Shown: piece after piece, positions 19,320-29,398 of the stretch
Numbering within the stretch: position 1 is the first letter of the stretch
Layout of the letters: every line of letters begins with the position of its first letter
From: a bacterium
GTDB lineage: Bacteria > UBA8248
Reading direction: 5' to 3'
Length of the DNA stretch: 64,000 bases
Assembly (NCBI GenBank): GCA_965207065.1
Contig: OZ242260.1
Location: 4,384,001 to 4,448,000 of the forward strand
Notes under the pieces: generated by a model
The model's database searches: none
What the model saw: the letters and a program-made list of their open reading frames with translations, nothing else
What the model was told of the DNA's origin: nothing
Translations under genes and position numbers: made by a program

Positions 19320-20642
19320 ATGATGGGTGGCGCAGACTCCTCTGGTGGAGACGTGCACCTGGAATCAGACTTCACGTGGCGACGGATGTTCGCCGTTTTC
19401 TGGCGCATCGGGATACTGTCCTTCGGCGGCCCGGCGGCGCAGATAGCGGTCATGCACCGAATCCTGGTCGAGGAGGAAGAGTTGCTCGACGAGGAAAGGT
19501 TCCTGGGCGCGCTCAGTTTCTGCATGCTGCTGCCCGGCCCCGAGGCCATGCAACTCGCCACCTACGCGGGGTGGCGGCTTCGCGGTGTGCCCGGCGGTTT
19601 GCTGGCGGGCCTCTTGTTCGTGGTTCCGGGCGCGTTGGTGGTGCTCGGGCTGGCGATGCTGTACATGGCCGTGGGCCACCTGCCGATAATGGCCGCGCTG
19701 TTTCTGGGGATCAAGGGCGCGGTCCTGATCATCGTGATGGAGGCTTTGCTGAGGGTGGCGAAGAGGGCGCTGCATTCAGCCGTGCACTGGATTATCGCCG
19801 GACTGGCCTTCGTGGCCATCTTCTTTCTCTCGGTCCCGTTCCCTATCCTTATCCTGATATCCGCCCTGGCCGGGTTTTTCCTGCTGGGCGGCCAGAACAC
19901 TGAAAATAGTGAACCCGGGCGGGGTGGCGGGTCGACCTCCGGCACGGTGAGAACGGTTGCCTTGTGGATGGTTGTCTGGTGGACGCCTGTGTTTGTGTTG
20001 ATGGCTGTGGGCGGATACGAGGTTCTGGTGCAGATCGGCAATTTCTTCTCCCGTCTCGCGGTGGTCACGTTCGGCGGCGCCTACGCGGTGCTCGCCTACC
20101 TGGCGCAGGACGTGGTGACCCATAAGGGCTGGATGAGCGCAGGTGAAATGATGGACGGCCTGGGGCTGGCGGAAACCACCCCGGGGCCGCTGATACTGGT
20201 CACGGAGTTCGTCGGCTATGTCGCAGGATACCGGGCGGGCGGCGTGAGCATGGGAATCGCCGGCGCGCTGGTCACGCTCTGGGTCACGTTCGCGCCCTGT
20301 TTCCTGTGGATATTCGCAGGCGCGCCCTATATCGAGCAGCTCACGGCCCAGCCTCGGCTGAAGGGCGCCCTGGAGGCGATTACAGCGGCGGTAGTGGGCG
20401 TCATTCTCAACCTCTCCATCTGGTTCAGTCTGCACGTCCTGTTCGCCGAACTGCCTTCCTTGCAAGTCGGCCCGGTGAAACTCCTGACGCCGGTATGGCA
20501 CTCCCTGGACTGGCGGGTCCTGCTCATCGGCGGCGTAAGCGCGATCATGCTTCTGTGGCGGCACCAGTCTCTCATGAGAACCCTGGGCGTTGCAGCGCTG
20601 ATGGGCGTCGGATTCGCTGCGATGGAGCACTTCTCCGGATAA
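19320..20642 (+). CDS. chrA: Chromate efflux transporter
   Basis: SFGGPAAQIA, LPGPEAMQ, TFGGAYAVL, AETTPGP; multiple TM segments. Confidence 0.92.
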   Translation: MMGGADSSGGDVHLESDFTWRRMFAVFWRIGILSFGGPAAQIAVMHRILVEEEELLDEERFLGALSFCMLLPGPEAMQLATYAGWRLRGVPGGLLAGLLFVVPGALVVLGLAMLYMAVGHLPIMAALFLGIKGAVLIIVMEALLRVAKRALHSAVHWIIAGLAFVAIFFLSVPFPILILISALAGFFLLGGQNTENSEPGRGGGSTSGTVRTVALWMVVWWTPVFVLMAVGGYEVLVQIGNFFSRLAVVTFGGAYAVLAYLAQDVVTHKGWMSAGEMMDGLGLAETTPGPLILVTEFVGYVAGYRAGGVSMGIAGALVTLWVTFAPCFLWIFAGAPYIEQLTAQPRLKGALEAITAAVVGVILNLSIWFSLHVLFAELPSLQVGPVKLLTPVWHSLDWRVLLIGGVSAIMLLWRHQSLMRTLGVAALMGVGFAAMEHFSG

Positions 20643-20857
20643 CGGAACAGGGAGATGACGCTGCCGCATGACGACCCGATAATGTGGCGCGCGTGAAGAG
20701 GCCATAGATCATCGAGAAAACAACCTCCCTATCTGGATCATGAGGCGCAAGGCGGCTATAATCGCCGCGTTCACCGATACGACAATCAAAATTTTCAGGG
20801 TGGTCGCTCGCGCCGCCTGCACTCAAACATCTTTGATGAGCCGAGGAGAAAGACCGA

Positions 20858-22612
20858 ATGAGCGATTACAAAACCGAAGACAGAGACGGAATGCGCATCG
20901 ACTGGGACGTGCCCATCCCCATGGAAGACGGCGTCGTCCTGCGGTGCGACGTCTACCGGCCCCAGGACGATGAAGGGAAATACCCCGTCATCCTGACGTA
21001 CGGCCCGTATGGAAAGTATCTGCATTTCGAAGACTTGTATGAGACATGCTGGACGCGCATGGTCGAGCAACACCCCGACGTGCCCGCAGGCTCCACCAAC
21101 AAATACCAGAACTGGGAGGTGGTGGACCCCGAAAAATGGGTGCCGGACGGCTACATCTGCATCCGCGTGGATTCGCGCGGCGCCGGCCGCTCGCCTGGCG
21201 TCATCGACATCTGGTCGGCGCGCGAGGCGCAGGATTTGTACGAGTGCATCGAATGGGCGGCGGTGCAACCCTGGAGTACTGGCAAGATCGGGCTGAACGG
21301 CATCTCTTATTACGGCATGAACCAGTGGCAGGTGGGCTCGCTCCAGCCTCCGCATCTGAGCGCCATGTGCGTCTGGGAGGGAGCCGCCGATTATTACCGC
21401 GAGATGGCCCACCACGGCGGCATCTTCTGCAACGGCTTCGCGCGCAACTGGTCCGAGATGCAGGTCTACACCGTCCAGCACGGCCTCGGCGAGCGCGGCT
21501 TCAAGAGCCGCTTCACGGGCGACTGGGTCTCCGGCCCCATCACCCTCACCGAGGAGGAACTCGGTGCGAACCGCAACGATTTCGGCGAGGATTGCTTTTC
21601 CCACAAGCTCGACACCGACGAATACTGGCAGTCGCGTATGCCCGATTTCAGCAAAATCCAGGTGCCGCTCCTCTCCTCGGCCAACTGGGGCGGGCAGGGC
21701 CTGCACCCGCGCGGGAACTTCGAGGGCTTTCTCGAGACAGGCTGCGAGGAAAAATGGCTCGAAGTCCACGGCATCGAGCACTGGACGGAGTTTTACACCG
21801 ACTACGGCGTCAACATGCAGAAGAAATTCTTCGGCCATTACCTGAAGGGCGAGGACACCGGCTGGCCGGACCAGCCACGTGTGCTGCTCCAGGTGCGTCA
21901 CCCCGGCGAGCGCTTCGTCGAGCGGCACGAGAGCGAATGGCCGCTGGCGCGCACGCAGTGGACGAAATACTACCTGAACGCAAAGACCCACTCGCTCGAA
22001 GATGCGCCCGTAGCAGAGGCGGCGACCACCACCTATGCCGGCTTCAGCGAGGGCGTCACCTTCGTCACGCCGCCCATATCGGAAGATACGGAAGTCACCG
22101 GCCCCATCGCAGCCAAGCTTTTCGTCTCATCCGAAACGAAGGATGCGGACATGTTCCTGATCGTGCGCGTGTTCACGCCGGACATGGAAGAAGTCGTCTT
22201 CCAGGGCGCGCTCGACCCGCACACGCCCATCGCGCAGGGCTGGCTGCGAGCCTCGCACAGAAAACTGGATCCGGAAAAGACCCTGCCCTACAGGCCCTAC
22301 CACACCCACGATGAAGAACAGCCTCTGACGCCGGGCGATATCTATGAACTCGACATCGAGGTATGGCCGACCTGCATCGTGATTCCCGAGGGCTACCGGG
22401 TTGCCTTCACGGTGCGCGGAAAGGACTACGTGTACCCCGGCGGTTCTGGCGGCGGTCTTTCGAACATGAAAAACGAGTTCACCGGCTGCGGATGCTTCAT
22501 TCACAACGATCCCAAGGACAGGCCCCCCGATGTGTTCGGCAAGAACGTGACGCTCCACTGCGGCGGGGCGCACGAGGCCTACGTGATGCTGCCGGTGATC
22601 CCCGAGAAATAG
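20858..22612 (+). CDS. CocE/NonD family serine hydrolase, copy 1
   Basis: DGVVLRCDVYRP, DSRGAGRSPG, nucleophile GISYYG, GWLRASHR. Confidence 0.9.
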   Translation: MSDYKTEDRDGMRIDWDVPIPMEDGVVLRCDVYRPQDDEGKYPVILTYGPYGKYLHFEDLYETCWTRMVEQHPDVPAGSTNKYQNWEVVDPEKWVPDGYICIRVDSRGAGRSPGVIDIWSAREAQDLYECIEWAAVQPWSTGKIGLNGISYYGMNQWQVGSLQPPHLSAMCVWEGAADYYREMAHHGGIFCNGFARNWSEMQVYTVQHGLGERGFKSRFTGDWVSGPITLTEEELGANRNDFGEDCFSHKLDTDEYWQSRMPDFSKIQVPLLSSANWGGQGLHPRGNFEGFLETGCEEKWLEVHGIEHWTEFYTDYGVNMQKKFFGHYLKGEDTGWPDQPRVLLQVRHPGERFVERHESEWPLARTQWTKYYLNAKTHSLEDAPVAEAATTTYAGFSEGVTFVTPPISEDTEVTGPIAAKLFVSSETKDADMFLIVRVFTPDMEEVVFQGALDPHTPIAQGWLRASHRKLDPEKTLPYRPYHTHDEEQPLTPGDIYELDIEVWPTCIVIPEGYRVAFTVRGKDYVYPGGSGGGLSNMKNEFTGCGCFIHNDPKDRPPDVFGKNVTLHCGGAHEAYVMLPVIPEK

Positions 22613-22652
22613 AGCGGAAGATGACACTTCCCACTGACGAGATGAGGTGAAC

Positions 22653-24422
22653 ATGAGCGACATCGACCTGAGCACGGACCCTCAATACCGAACTGAAAAA
22701 ATGCACGGCTTTATCATCGAATGGGACGTTCCCATCCGGATGGAAGACGGCCTGGTGCTGCGGGCGAACGTCTACCGCCCCGATGACGACGGCGAATACC
22801 CGGTCATCCTGAGCTACGGCCCCTATGCGAAGGACCTGGCATGGCAGGACGGCTACGAGACGGCGTGGGAGCTTTTCGCCACCGCGCACCCCGACGCCAT
22901 CGCGGGCTCTTCGAACATCCACCAGAGCTGGGAGGTCGTGGACCCGGAAAAATGGGTGCCGGACGGCTACATCTGCGTGCGCGTGGATTCGCGCGGCGCC
23001 GGCCGCTCGCCGGGCTACATCGACCATTTCTCCCCGCGCGAAACGAAGGATTTCGCCATCTGCATCGAGTGGGCGGGCGAGCAGCCCTGGTGCAACGGCA
23101 AGGTGGGCCTCACGGGCATATCGTATTACGCCATCAACCAGTGGCACGTGGCGGGTCTGCAGCCCAAGTACCTGGAAGCCATGTGCGTCTGGGAGGGCGC
23201 GGCGGACTTCTACCGCGACATGAGCCACCAGGGCGGCATTCTCACGACGTTCCTCGCGAACTGGTACGACATGCAGGTCAAAAGCGTGCAGTACGGCCTC
23301 GGGGAGAACGGCCCGAAAAGCCGCGTCCACGGCGGTCTGGCCTGCGGCCCCGAGACCCTGAGCGAGGAGGAGATGGCGAAAAACCGCTCGGACTACGGGG
23401 GCGACATTCTCGAGCGTCCGCTGGACGGGGAGTGGTATCAGGATCGCTCCGCCCACTGGGAGAAGATAAAGACGCCCTTCATCTCGGCGGCGAGCTGGGG
23501 CGGGCAGGGACTGCACCCGAGGGGGAATTACGAGGGCTTCATGCGCGCGGCCTCCACGGAGAAATGGCTGGAAGTCCACGGCTTCGAGCACTGGACAGAG
23601 TTCTACACCCCCTACGGGGAGAAGCTCCAGAAGCAGTTCTTCGGCCACTACCTGAAGGGCGAGGACACCGGCTGGATGGAGAAGCCGCCCGTCATGCTCA
23701 AGGTGCGCCACGTCGGGGAAAAGTTCGTCGAACGCGGCGAGAACGAGTGGCCCCTCGCGCGCACGAAGTGGACGAAGTTCTACTTGAACCCCGAATACAT
23801 GAGCCTCGATTCCGCACCTATCGTTCGCAATCAGAACATCACCTACGGGGGATTCAGCGACGGCGTGACGTTCATGCTGCCGCCATTCGAGAAAGAGACG
23901 GAGATTACCGGGCCCATTGCGTCCAAACTTTTCGTCTCATCCGAAACCCAGGATGCGGACCTGTTCCTCGTACTGCGCCTGTTCACGCCCGACATGAAGG
24001 AGATCACCTTCCAGGGCACACTCGACCCGAACACGCCCATCGCGCAAGGCTGGCTCCGGGCTTCGCACCGAAAGCTCGTGCCCGAACTATCGACGGAGTG
24101 GAAACCCTACCAGGCGCATGACGAGAAGCAATACCTGACGCCTAGCGTGATATACGAGCTCGACATCGAGGTCTGGCCCACCTGCATCGTGGTGCCGCCC
24201 GGTTACAGGCTGGCGCTCAGCGTGCGCGGCAAGGACTATGAATACAGCTGCGTCACTACGCACAAGCTCTCGAACATGAAGAACGTGTTCCGGGGCTGCG
24301 GGCCGTTTTTGCACGACGACCCGGTGGACAGGCCCGAGGAGATTTTCGGCAAGAACGTGACGCTACACTGCGGACCCGAGAATGCGTCCTACATCATGCT
24401 ACCCGTGGTGCCGGGGAAGTAA
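22653..24422 (+). CDS. CocE/NonD family serine hydrolase, copy 2
   Basis: Same motifs as copy 1 (GISYYA); long identical stretches. Confidence 0.9.
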   Translation: MSDIDLSTDPQYRTEKMHGFIIEWDVPIRMEDGLVLRANVYRPDDDGEYPVILSYGPYAKDLAWQDGYETAWELFATAHPDAIAGSSNIHQSWEVVDPEKWVPDGYICVRVDSRGAGRSPGYIDHFSPRETKDFAICIEWAGEQPWCNGKVGLTGISYYAINQWHVAGLQPKYLEAMCVWEGAADFYRDMSHQGGILTTFLANWYDMQVKSVQYGLGENGPKSRVHGGLACGPETLSEEEMAKNRSDYGGDILERPLDGEWYQDRSAHWEKIKTPFISAASWGGQGLHPRGNYEGFMRAASTEKWLEVHGFEHWTEFYTPYGEKLQKQFFGHYLKGEDTGWMEKPPVMLKVRHVGEKFVERGENEWPLARTKWTKFYLNPEYMSLDSAPIVRNQNITYGGFSDGVTFMLPPFEKETEITGPIASKLFVSSETQDADLFLVLRLFTPDMKEITFQGTLDPNTPIAQGWLRASHRKLVPELSTEWKPYQAHDEKQYLTPSVIYELDIEVWPTCIVVPPGYRLALSVRGKDYEYSCVTTHKLSNMKNVFRGCGPFLHDDPVDRPEEIFGKNVTLHCGPENASYIMLPVVPGK

Positions 24423-24477
24423 GCGGTCTCTTCTGAGGAGGGGAAGCCGCGAGGTGTTCGTAATGGAAGAGCGCTCT

Positions 24478-24507
24478 TGTAGGGGCGGACACAGGTCTGC
24501 CCCTACA
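24478..24507. repeat. REP-like GTAG palindrome
   Basis: TGTAGGGGCGGAC-ACAG-GTCTGCCCCTACA. Confidence 0.65.
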
Positions 24508-24671
24508 AACGCCGTTGCTCTCAGGTTGAAAATCACACCAGAATGACGATGACCTCCGGCAGAAGCTAAAATTTCATTAAATGATAAGCAGCGAGCCTGC
24601 CCTGCTTCGTAGAAATTTTGTAATAATATCCTGACTGCACTTCCGAGGCGTCTGCATCCGATTTAAACTTC

Positions 24672-25247
24672 TTAACGAAAAATTCTTATCCACCAAGGTC
24701 TTTTTCTCTTCTTCTTTTTAGATGCTGCCTCAATAACGGCGTGCAAATCTTCTTGCAAAAACGGCTGAGTTGCAGCGTAAGCGTTCTCAAAGATTGTGAA
24801 ACGGCTTCCCGTTTTCTCCTTCTGGATCAGTTCTGTTGGTTTCTTTTTCTCTTCCTCCTTTTGGGTCTGTTTAGTTGGTTTCTCTTCCTTCGAATTTATC
24901 TGTTGGTCTTTTATGCTTTCTTTTCCAAATGTAAAAGATACAAAAACCGCAGGGGCGATCATCCCGAATTGTAAAGCACGCTTACGATCATACTCGGGCA
25001 TATTGACAAAAGCCCATATTCCTCCAAGGAACGCACCTATTATTGCACTGCCCACGAAATCAAATAGGTCTGTAAAACTTAGTTCTGATAATTCTAGAAC
25101 AACAATACCAGGGTGCGCGATTAGATTTGCAATAATTCCACCTATTGCACCCAACAAGATAACTTCATGAGTGTTCAGAAACTTTACTTTTGGGTGATCA
25201 TGCGCCGATGCATTCGGATTTCTAGGGGTGGAGTCGATATCACTCAT
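24672..25247 (-). CDS. Hypothetical membrane protein (AT-rich)
   Basis: About three hydrophobic segments then a Lys/Glu-rich tail; GGAGGT RBS. Confidence 0.65.
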   Translation of the reverse strand: MSDIDSTPRNPNASAHDHPKVKFLNTHEVILLGAIGGIIANLIAHPGIVVLELSELSFTDLFDFVGSAIIGAFLGGIWAFVNMPEYDRKRALQFGMIAPAVFVSFTFGKESIKDQQINSKEEKPTKQTQKEEEKKKPTELIQKEKTGSRFTIFENAYAATQPFLQEDLHAVIEAASKKKKRKRPWWIRIFR

Positions 25248-25296
25248 TACAGTTACCTCCTATATTCTAATTGTTGACCCTAATGTGGAATCCCAA

Positions 25297-25770
25297 CTAA
25301 ACATGATGCTCAAGTCTCCTGCTGACCCATGATGACCAGTTGTTTTCTTTGTGGCGCAAAGTCAAAATCATGCACTTTTTAGCCACATAGGCTTCCAACT
25401 TGGTCACACAGTTTTTAGGAGTCGAAGATTTCGAGTTCTCCATCCAATACTCATCAACTGGCCATTTGTAACGCGCTCCTGGATTGAGTTTCATCACCCG
25501 CCAAAAACTAGTAAAATCCGCACTTCGTCCTTCGCATAATTCTCCCCACAACCACTCTTCAGGCTCTTCCCATTGCTTCTTATTCTCATCAGGGATTTCA
25601 CATTTCCTTTCCAGCACGGTCATGCCGGACTCGGACTTTTCAGGTGCTTCCGCCGTCTGGGTGCGTGGGAAAGGGGCGCTACCGAACAAGATGCCTATCG
25701 AAATGAAGAGTGTAGATGCGCACATCACGAACTTCGCCGTTCGGATATTTTTTAAGAATCGATTACGCAT
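25297..25770 (-). CDS. Hypothetical exported protein, possibly truncated (AT-rich)
   Basis: N-terminal hydrophobic segment; Trp-rich WEEPEEWLWGEL. Confidence 0.45.
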   Translation of the reverse strand: MRNRFLKNIRTAKFVMCASTLFISIGILFGSAPFPRTQTAEAPEKSESGMTVLERKCEIPDENKKQWEEPEEWLWGELCEGRSADFTSFWRVMKLNPGARYKWPVDEYWMENSKSSTPKNCVTKLEAYVAKKCMILTLRHKENNWSSWVSRRLEHHV

Positions 25771-26049
25771 ACCCGGAGGTTCTCCCTAGAAGGGTTCCAT
25801 AATGGCCGAGTAGTCACGCGTGCGTAATGCCGAATTTCTTGTGCTCCAGTTGACATTCAATAGAATTATATGACATCTAATGACATTTTACAAACTCCAT
25901 AAGAATTATCAAGCATGATATCGGCTTGGGGCATTCATTCTCATCACGGCCTTATGGCTAGAGTATCGTCGGTAGAATCCCAACTCGATATCGGATGTTT
26001 CTTAGCGTATTCACTCAGAAAATAAAGAGATGACCAAATGGAGGACCCA

Positions 26050-27453
26050 ATGTCTGAACGCCCGATTGTCATCCTGCACGGATGGAGCGATACGTCTGAG
26101 AGCTTCGAGCCACTCGCAAGGCTATTGCAGGAGAAGCTGCAAGGACAAAACGTCTCGATTTTCTCGCTGGCCGACTACATCAGCATGGAAGACGAGGTCC
26201 GCTTCGATGATGTTGCATCAGCCATGGAAACAGCCTGGGACATCCACAACCTGCCGAAGGATAAGGGCAGCGTAGACGCTATCGTGCACAGCACCGGTGG
26301 CCTCGTGATTCGAGACTGGCTTCAGCGCTACTACGAACCCGGAAACACTCCCATCAAGCATCTGCTCATGCTCGCACCGGCGAATTTCGGCTCCCCGCTT
26401 GCCCACAAGGGACGATCGTTTCTCGGCCGCGTCTGGAAAGGCTACTTCACAAAGCAGCCGGAAGGCGAAGCCTTCGAGACCGGAACCCAAATTCTCAAGG
26501 GGTTGGAACTCGCGAGTCCATATACCTGGCGGTTGGCAGAACGCGACCGCTTCGGCGAGGGCGGCGAGATGTATCAGCCAGGCAACGTGCTGTGCACGGT
26601 GCTGGTCGGCAACACCGGTTATCGCGGGATCAGCGCCATCGCCAACGAAGACGGGTCGGACGGCACGGTGCGGATTTCAACGGCCAACATGGAATGCGTG
26701 CGCATACATGCGGAATTCCCGGCCAACCCCGACGAGGCAGGACACGACGTCAACTACCTTATAGACCCTTCATCTGGAACAACGGCGTTCGGCGTGATGG
26801 ACGGCCATGATCACAGCTCGGTCAAGCTGTTCCACCGCAGTTCCAGTTCCCTGCGACAGGTCGAGAGAACCAAGCGTGACGGCGGTTTGTTTGCAGATAT
26901 CGTCAAAGCGTTGACCATCGAAGACGATGAGTTCGGCGCGTGGTGCGATTCACTTGCAAAACGCAACGATGCGCTGTCGCCCAAGACCGTAACGAGCAAC
27001 AGCAAGAAACACGGCTTTCAGAACACCGTCGTTCGTGTTGTGGACCAGTACGGGGTCGGCGTCGATGACTACCTCCTCGAGTTCTACGAAAAAGATGACG
27101 ACGTGGAGGATGCCGTTGCCGAAACGTTCCACACCTCGGCCATCCGAGGCGTCCACAAATATTCGGACGACGCATCCTATCGAAGCGTCAACGTCGACTG
27201 TACGCGGCTGCGCGAGACCATCGACAAGGTCGATGAGCACCTAAGTGTAAGCGTCACCGCCTATCCCGAGATGAGCGAGCGAACGCCAGCTGGTTTCAAG
27301 ACTCTCGGAAGCGACGGAATCGGCGGCATCCGCATCAATCATGACGACATCAAGGATTTCTTTGTTCCTCATCGTACGGCGTTTGTCACCTTGCAGCTCA
27401 CGCGACAGCAGTTGGATAGAACTTTCCGCTTCCAGGACCATTCAAATTCATAG
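26050..27453 (+). CDS. Alpha/beta hydrolase (lipase/esterase-like)
   Basis: VILHGW oxyanion motif, VHSTGG nucleophile, LAPANFGSPLA, SDGTV. Confidence 0.82.
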   Translation: MSERPIVILHGWSDTSESFEPLARLLQEKLQGQNVSIFSLADYISMEDEVRFDDVASAMETAWDIHNLPKDKGSVDAIVHSTGGLVIRDWLQRYYEPGNTPIKHLLMLAPANFGSPLAHKGRSFLGRVWKGYFTKQPEGEAFETGTQILKGLELASPYTWRLAERDRFGEGGEMYQPGNVLCTVLVGNTGYRGISAIANEDGSDGTVRISTANMECVRIHAEFPANPDEAGHDVNYLIDPSSGTTAFGVMDGHDHSSVKLFHRSSSSLRQVERTKRDGGLFADIVKALTIEDDEFGAWCDSLAKRNDALSPKTVTSNSKKHGFQNTVVRVVDQYGVGVDDYLLEFYEKDDDVEDAVAETFHTSAIRGVHKYSDDASYRSVNVDCTRLRETIDKVDEHLSVSVTAYPEMSERTPAGFKTLGSDGIGGIRINHDDIKDFFVPHRTAFVTLQLTRQQLDRTFRFQDHSNS

Positions 27454-27576
27454 GTTCATCCTCATGTATGGATGCCCGCCCCGCTCTTGTCATGAAACTT
27501 CGTTTTGACTAAAATTCCGCGTTTGTTATTCTCGTTTTCATACGTCATCGTTTTGTAAAAGGATACGCCCGTAACC

Positions 27577-28299
27577 ATGTCCGTCTGCATCGGCGTCGTT
27601 CATGCGACGCGCGTCGCGGTTTCGCCCATCGAAGCCGCGTTCGAAAACCATTGGCCGGAAGCCGAGGTCGTCCAACTCATCGATGAGTCCCTGGCCCGCG
27701 ACCTGGAAGCGGTCGGGCACCTCACGCCTGCGCTTTTCGAGCGCGTGGACAGTCTTGCCGAGTTCGCGCATCGGGGCGGTGCAGAGGCGATCCTCTTCTC
27801 ATGCTCGGCCTTCGGCCCGGCGATTGAGGCCGTCCAGTCGAGGCTCCCGATACCCGTATTCAAGCCGAACCAGGCGATGCTCGATGAGGCGCTACGGCTC
27901 GGGACGCGTATCCAGGTCCTCTCGACGTTCCGGCCCTCTGGCCCCTCGATACGAAAAGAGCTGGAAGCCCTGGCGGCGCAGAAAAAGATTGCGCTTAAAA
28001 TCGAGGTATCTTACGTCGCAGACGCTTTAGAAGCGCTTCAGGCGGGTGATCCACAGACGCACGACGCGCTCATCGAGGAAGCCGCCGCAAACGCGCCCCA
28101 CGCCGATGTCGTCCTCCTCGCGCAGTTCTCCATGGCGCGGGCGCTGGATGCGGTATCCCGCCGCGTCGATGCGAGCGTGCTCAGCAGCCCCGAGAACGCG
28201 GTCCTGACGCTCAAGCGGATGATGCGCGCGCCTGCGAACGGCCACGCCCCTGCGGCGAACGGAGCGGCAAGAATCATTTCCGAGCAACACATCGTGTAG
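27577..28299 (+). CDS. Asp/Glu/hydantoin racemase-like family protein
   Basis: ILFSCSAFG, PVFKPNQAM, VLLAQFSMARA. Confidence 0.75.
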   Translation: MSVCIGVVHATRVAVSPIEAAFENHWPEAEVVQLIDESLARDLEAVGHLTPALFERVDSLAEFAHRGGAEAILFSCSAFGPAIEAVQSRLPIPVFKPNQAMLDEALRLGTRIQVLSTFRPSGPSIRKELEALAAQKKIALKIEVSYVADALEALQAGDPQTHDALIEEAAANAPHADVVLLAQFSMARALDAVSRRVDASVLSSPENAVLTLKRMMRAPANGHAPAANGAARIISEQHIV

Positions 28300-28317
28300 C
28301 CTCTCGGCCTTTTTCTA

Positions 28318-28345
28318 GTAGGGACAGGTCGCGACCTGTCCCTAC
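28318..28345. repeat. REP-like perfect 28-bp palindrome
   Basis: GTAGGGACAGGTCGCGACCTGTCCCTAC; related copies near 33106, 47196 and 47544. Confidence 0.75.
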
Positions 28346-28466
28346 GGCCGGAACATTCCTCTCATCCGTTGGGCATCACTCCCCTCCCCGCTCGAAACCG
28401 CCCCCGCCTTGCCGTCTCTTCTCCGCGGGTGGATAATGGCGTTTTCTCTTGCCCTGAGTTTTACGC

Positions 28467-29351
28467 TTGCTCGAATCCTTTCATCCCAACGTGATGGCGC
28501 TTCTCTCGGCGTTTTTCATCTCCGTCGCCAGGACGCTCTACCGGGGCGCGCTCATGAGCCTGAGCCCGCTCGTGACGACGGTGATCGCGACGATCATCAC
28601 CACCATTCTGGCGCTCGGCCTCTATGCGATGGGCGAGGGACTCGACCACTGGCCGCTCTACGGGGTCCTGTGGTTCGTCCTCGTGGGAACCGTCGGCGGA
28701 CTCGGCGGTCGCTACATGGGGATGATATCCATCAAGCTGATAGGTTTGGCCCGCACGCCCATACTGACGCAGACGGGCCTCATCTGGTCCTCGGGCCTTG
28801 CGGTGATTCTTTTGGGCGAGACGCTCACTCCGCTGGTGACGGTGGGTACGCTGGGCATCATGGCGGGAGGCATCCTGCTCCTGTACGACAAGAAAGCCAC
28901 CCAGAGGCGGGTTCCCCTCACCTATTACCTCATACCGGTGGCGGGTGCGGCGTTTGCGAGCATCTCCCACATCGTGCGCAAATACGGCTTCGTCCACATC
29001 CCCTCGGTCACGCTGGGGATGGGCGTCTCGAACATGACGACGCTCACGCTCCTGCTCGCCAGCGCCTTTTTCTTCCCGACACTCCAGATGAAAAGCAGCC
29101 CTTTCACGCGACACTCGCTCCTCATCACGTCGCTGGGCGCGGCGTGCAACTTCCTGGCCGCGTTCTTCTTCTGGTGGGCAATCAAGGACGGCGAGGTAAT
29201 CCAGGTGGTTCCCATCAACCGGCTCTCGATCCTGATCGTCATCTTCTTCTCCTGGCTTTTTTTCAGGAAACAGGAGCGCGTGAGCGCGCAGGTCATCATC
29301 GGCGGGGCGTGCTCGGTCCTCGGCGCCTGGGCCGTCGTGTGGGGCAAGTGA
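28467..29351 (+). CDS. DMT/EamA family transporter
   Basis: About 10 TM segments in two repeats; LLGETLT motif. Confidence 0.85.
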   Translation: MLESFHPNVMALLSAFFISVARTLYRGALMSLSPLVTTVIATIITTILALGLYAMGEGLDHWPLYGVLWFVLVGTVGGLGGRYMGMISIKLIGLARTPILTQTGLIWSSGLAVILLGETLTPLVTVGTLGIMAGGILLLYDKKATQRRVPLTYYLIPVAGAAFASISHIVRKYGFVHIPSVTLGMGVSNMTTLTLLLASAFFFPTLQMKSSPFTRHSLLITSLGAACNFLAAFFFWWAIKDGEVIQVVPINRLSILIVIFFSWLFFRKQERVSAQVIIGGACSVLGAWAVVWGK

Positions 29352-29398
29352 ATTTTCAGGTTCCTGCAGATGAGGCGAATTATTCTCGGTCGACCATT

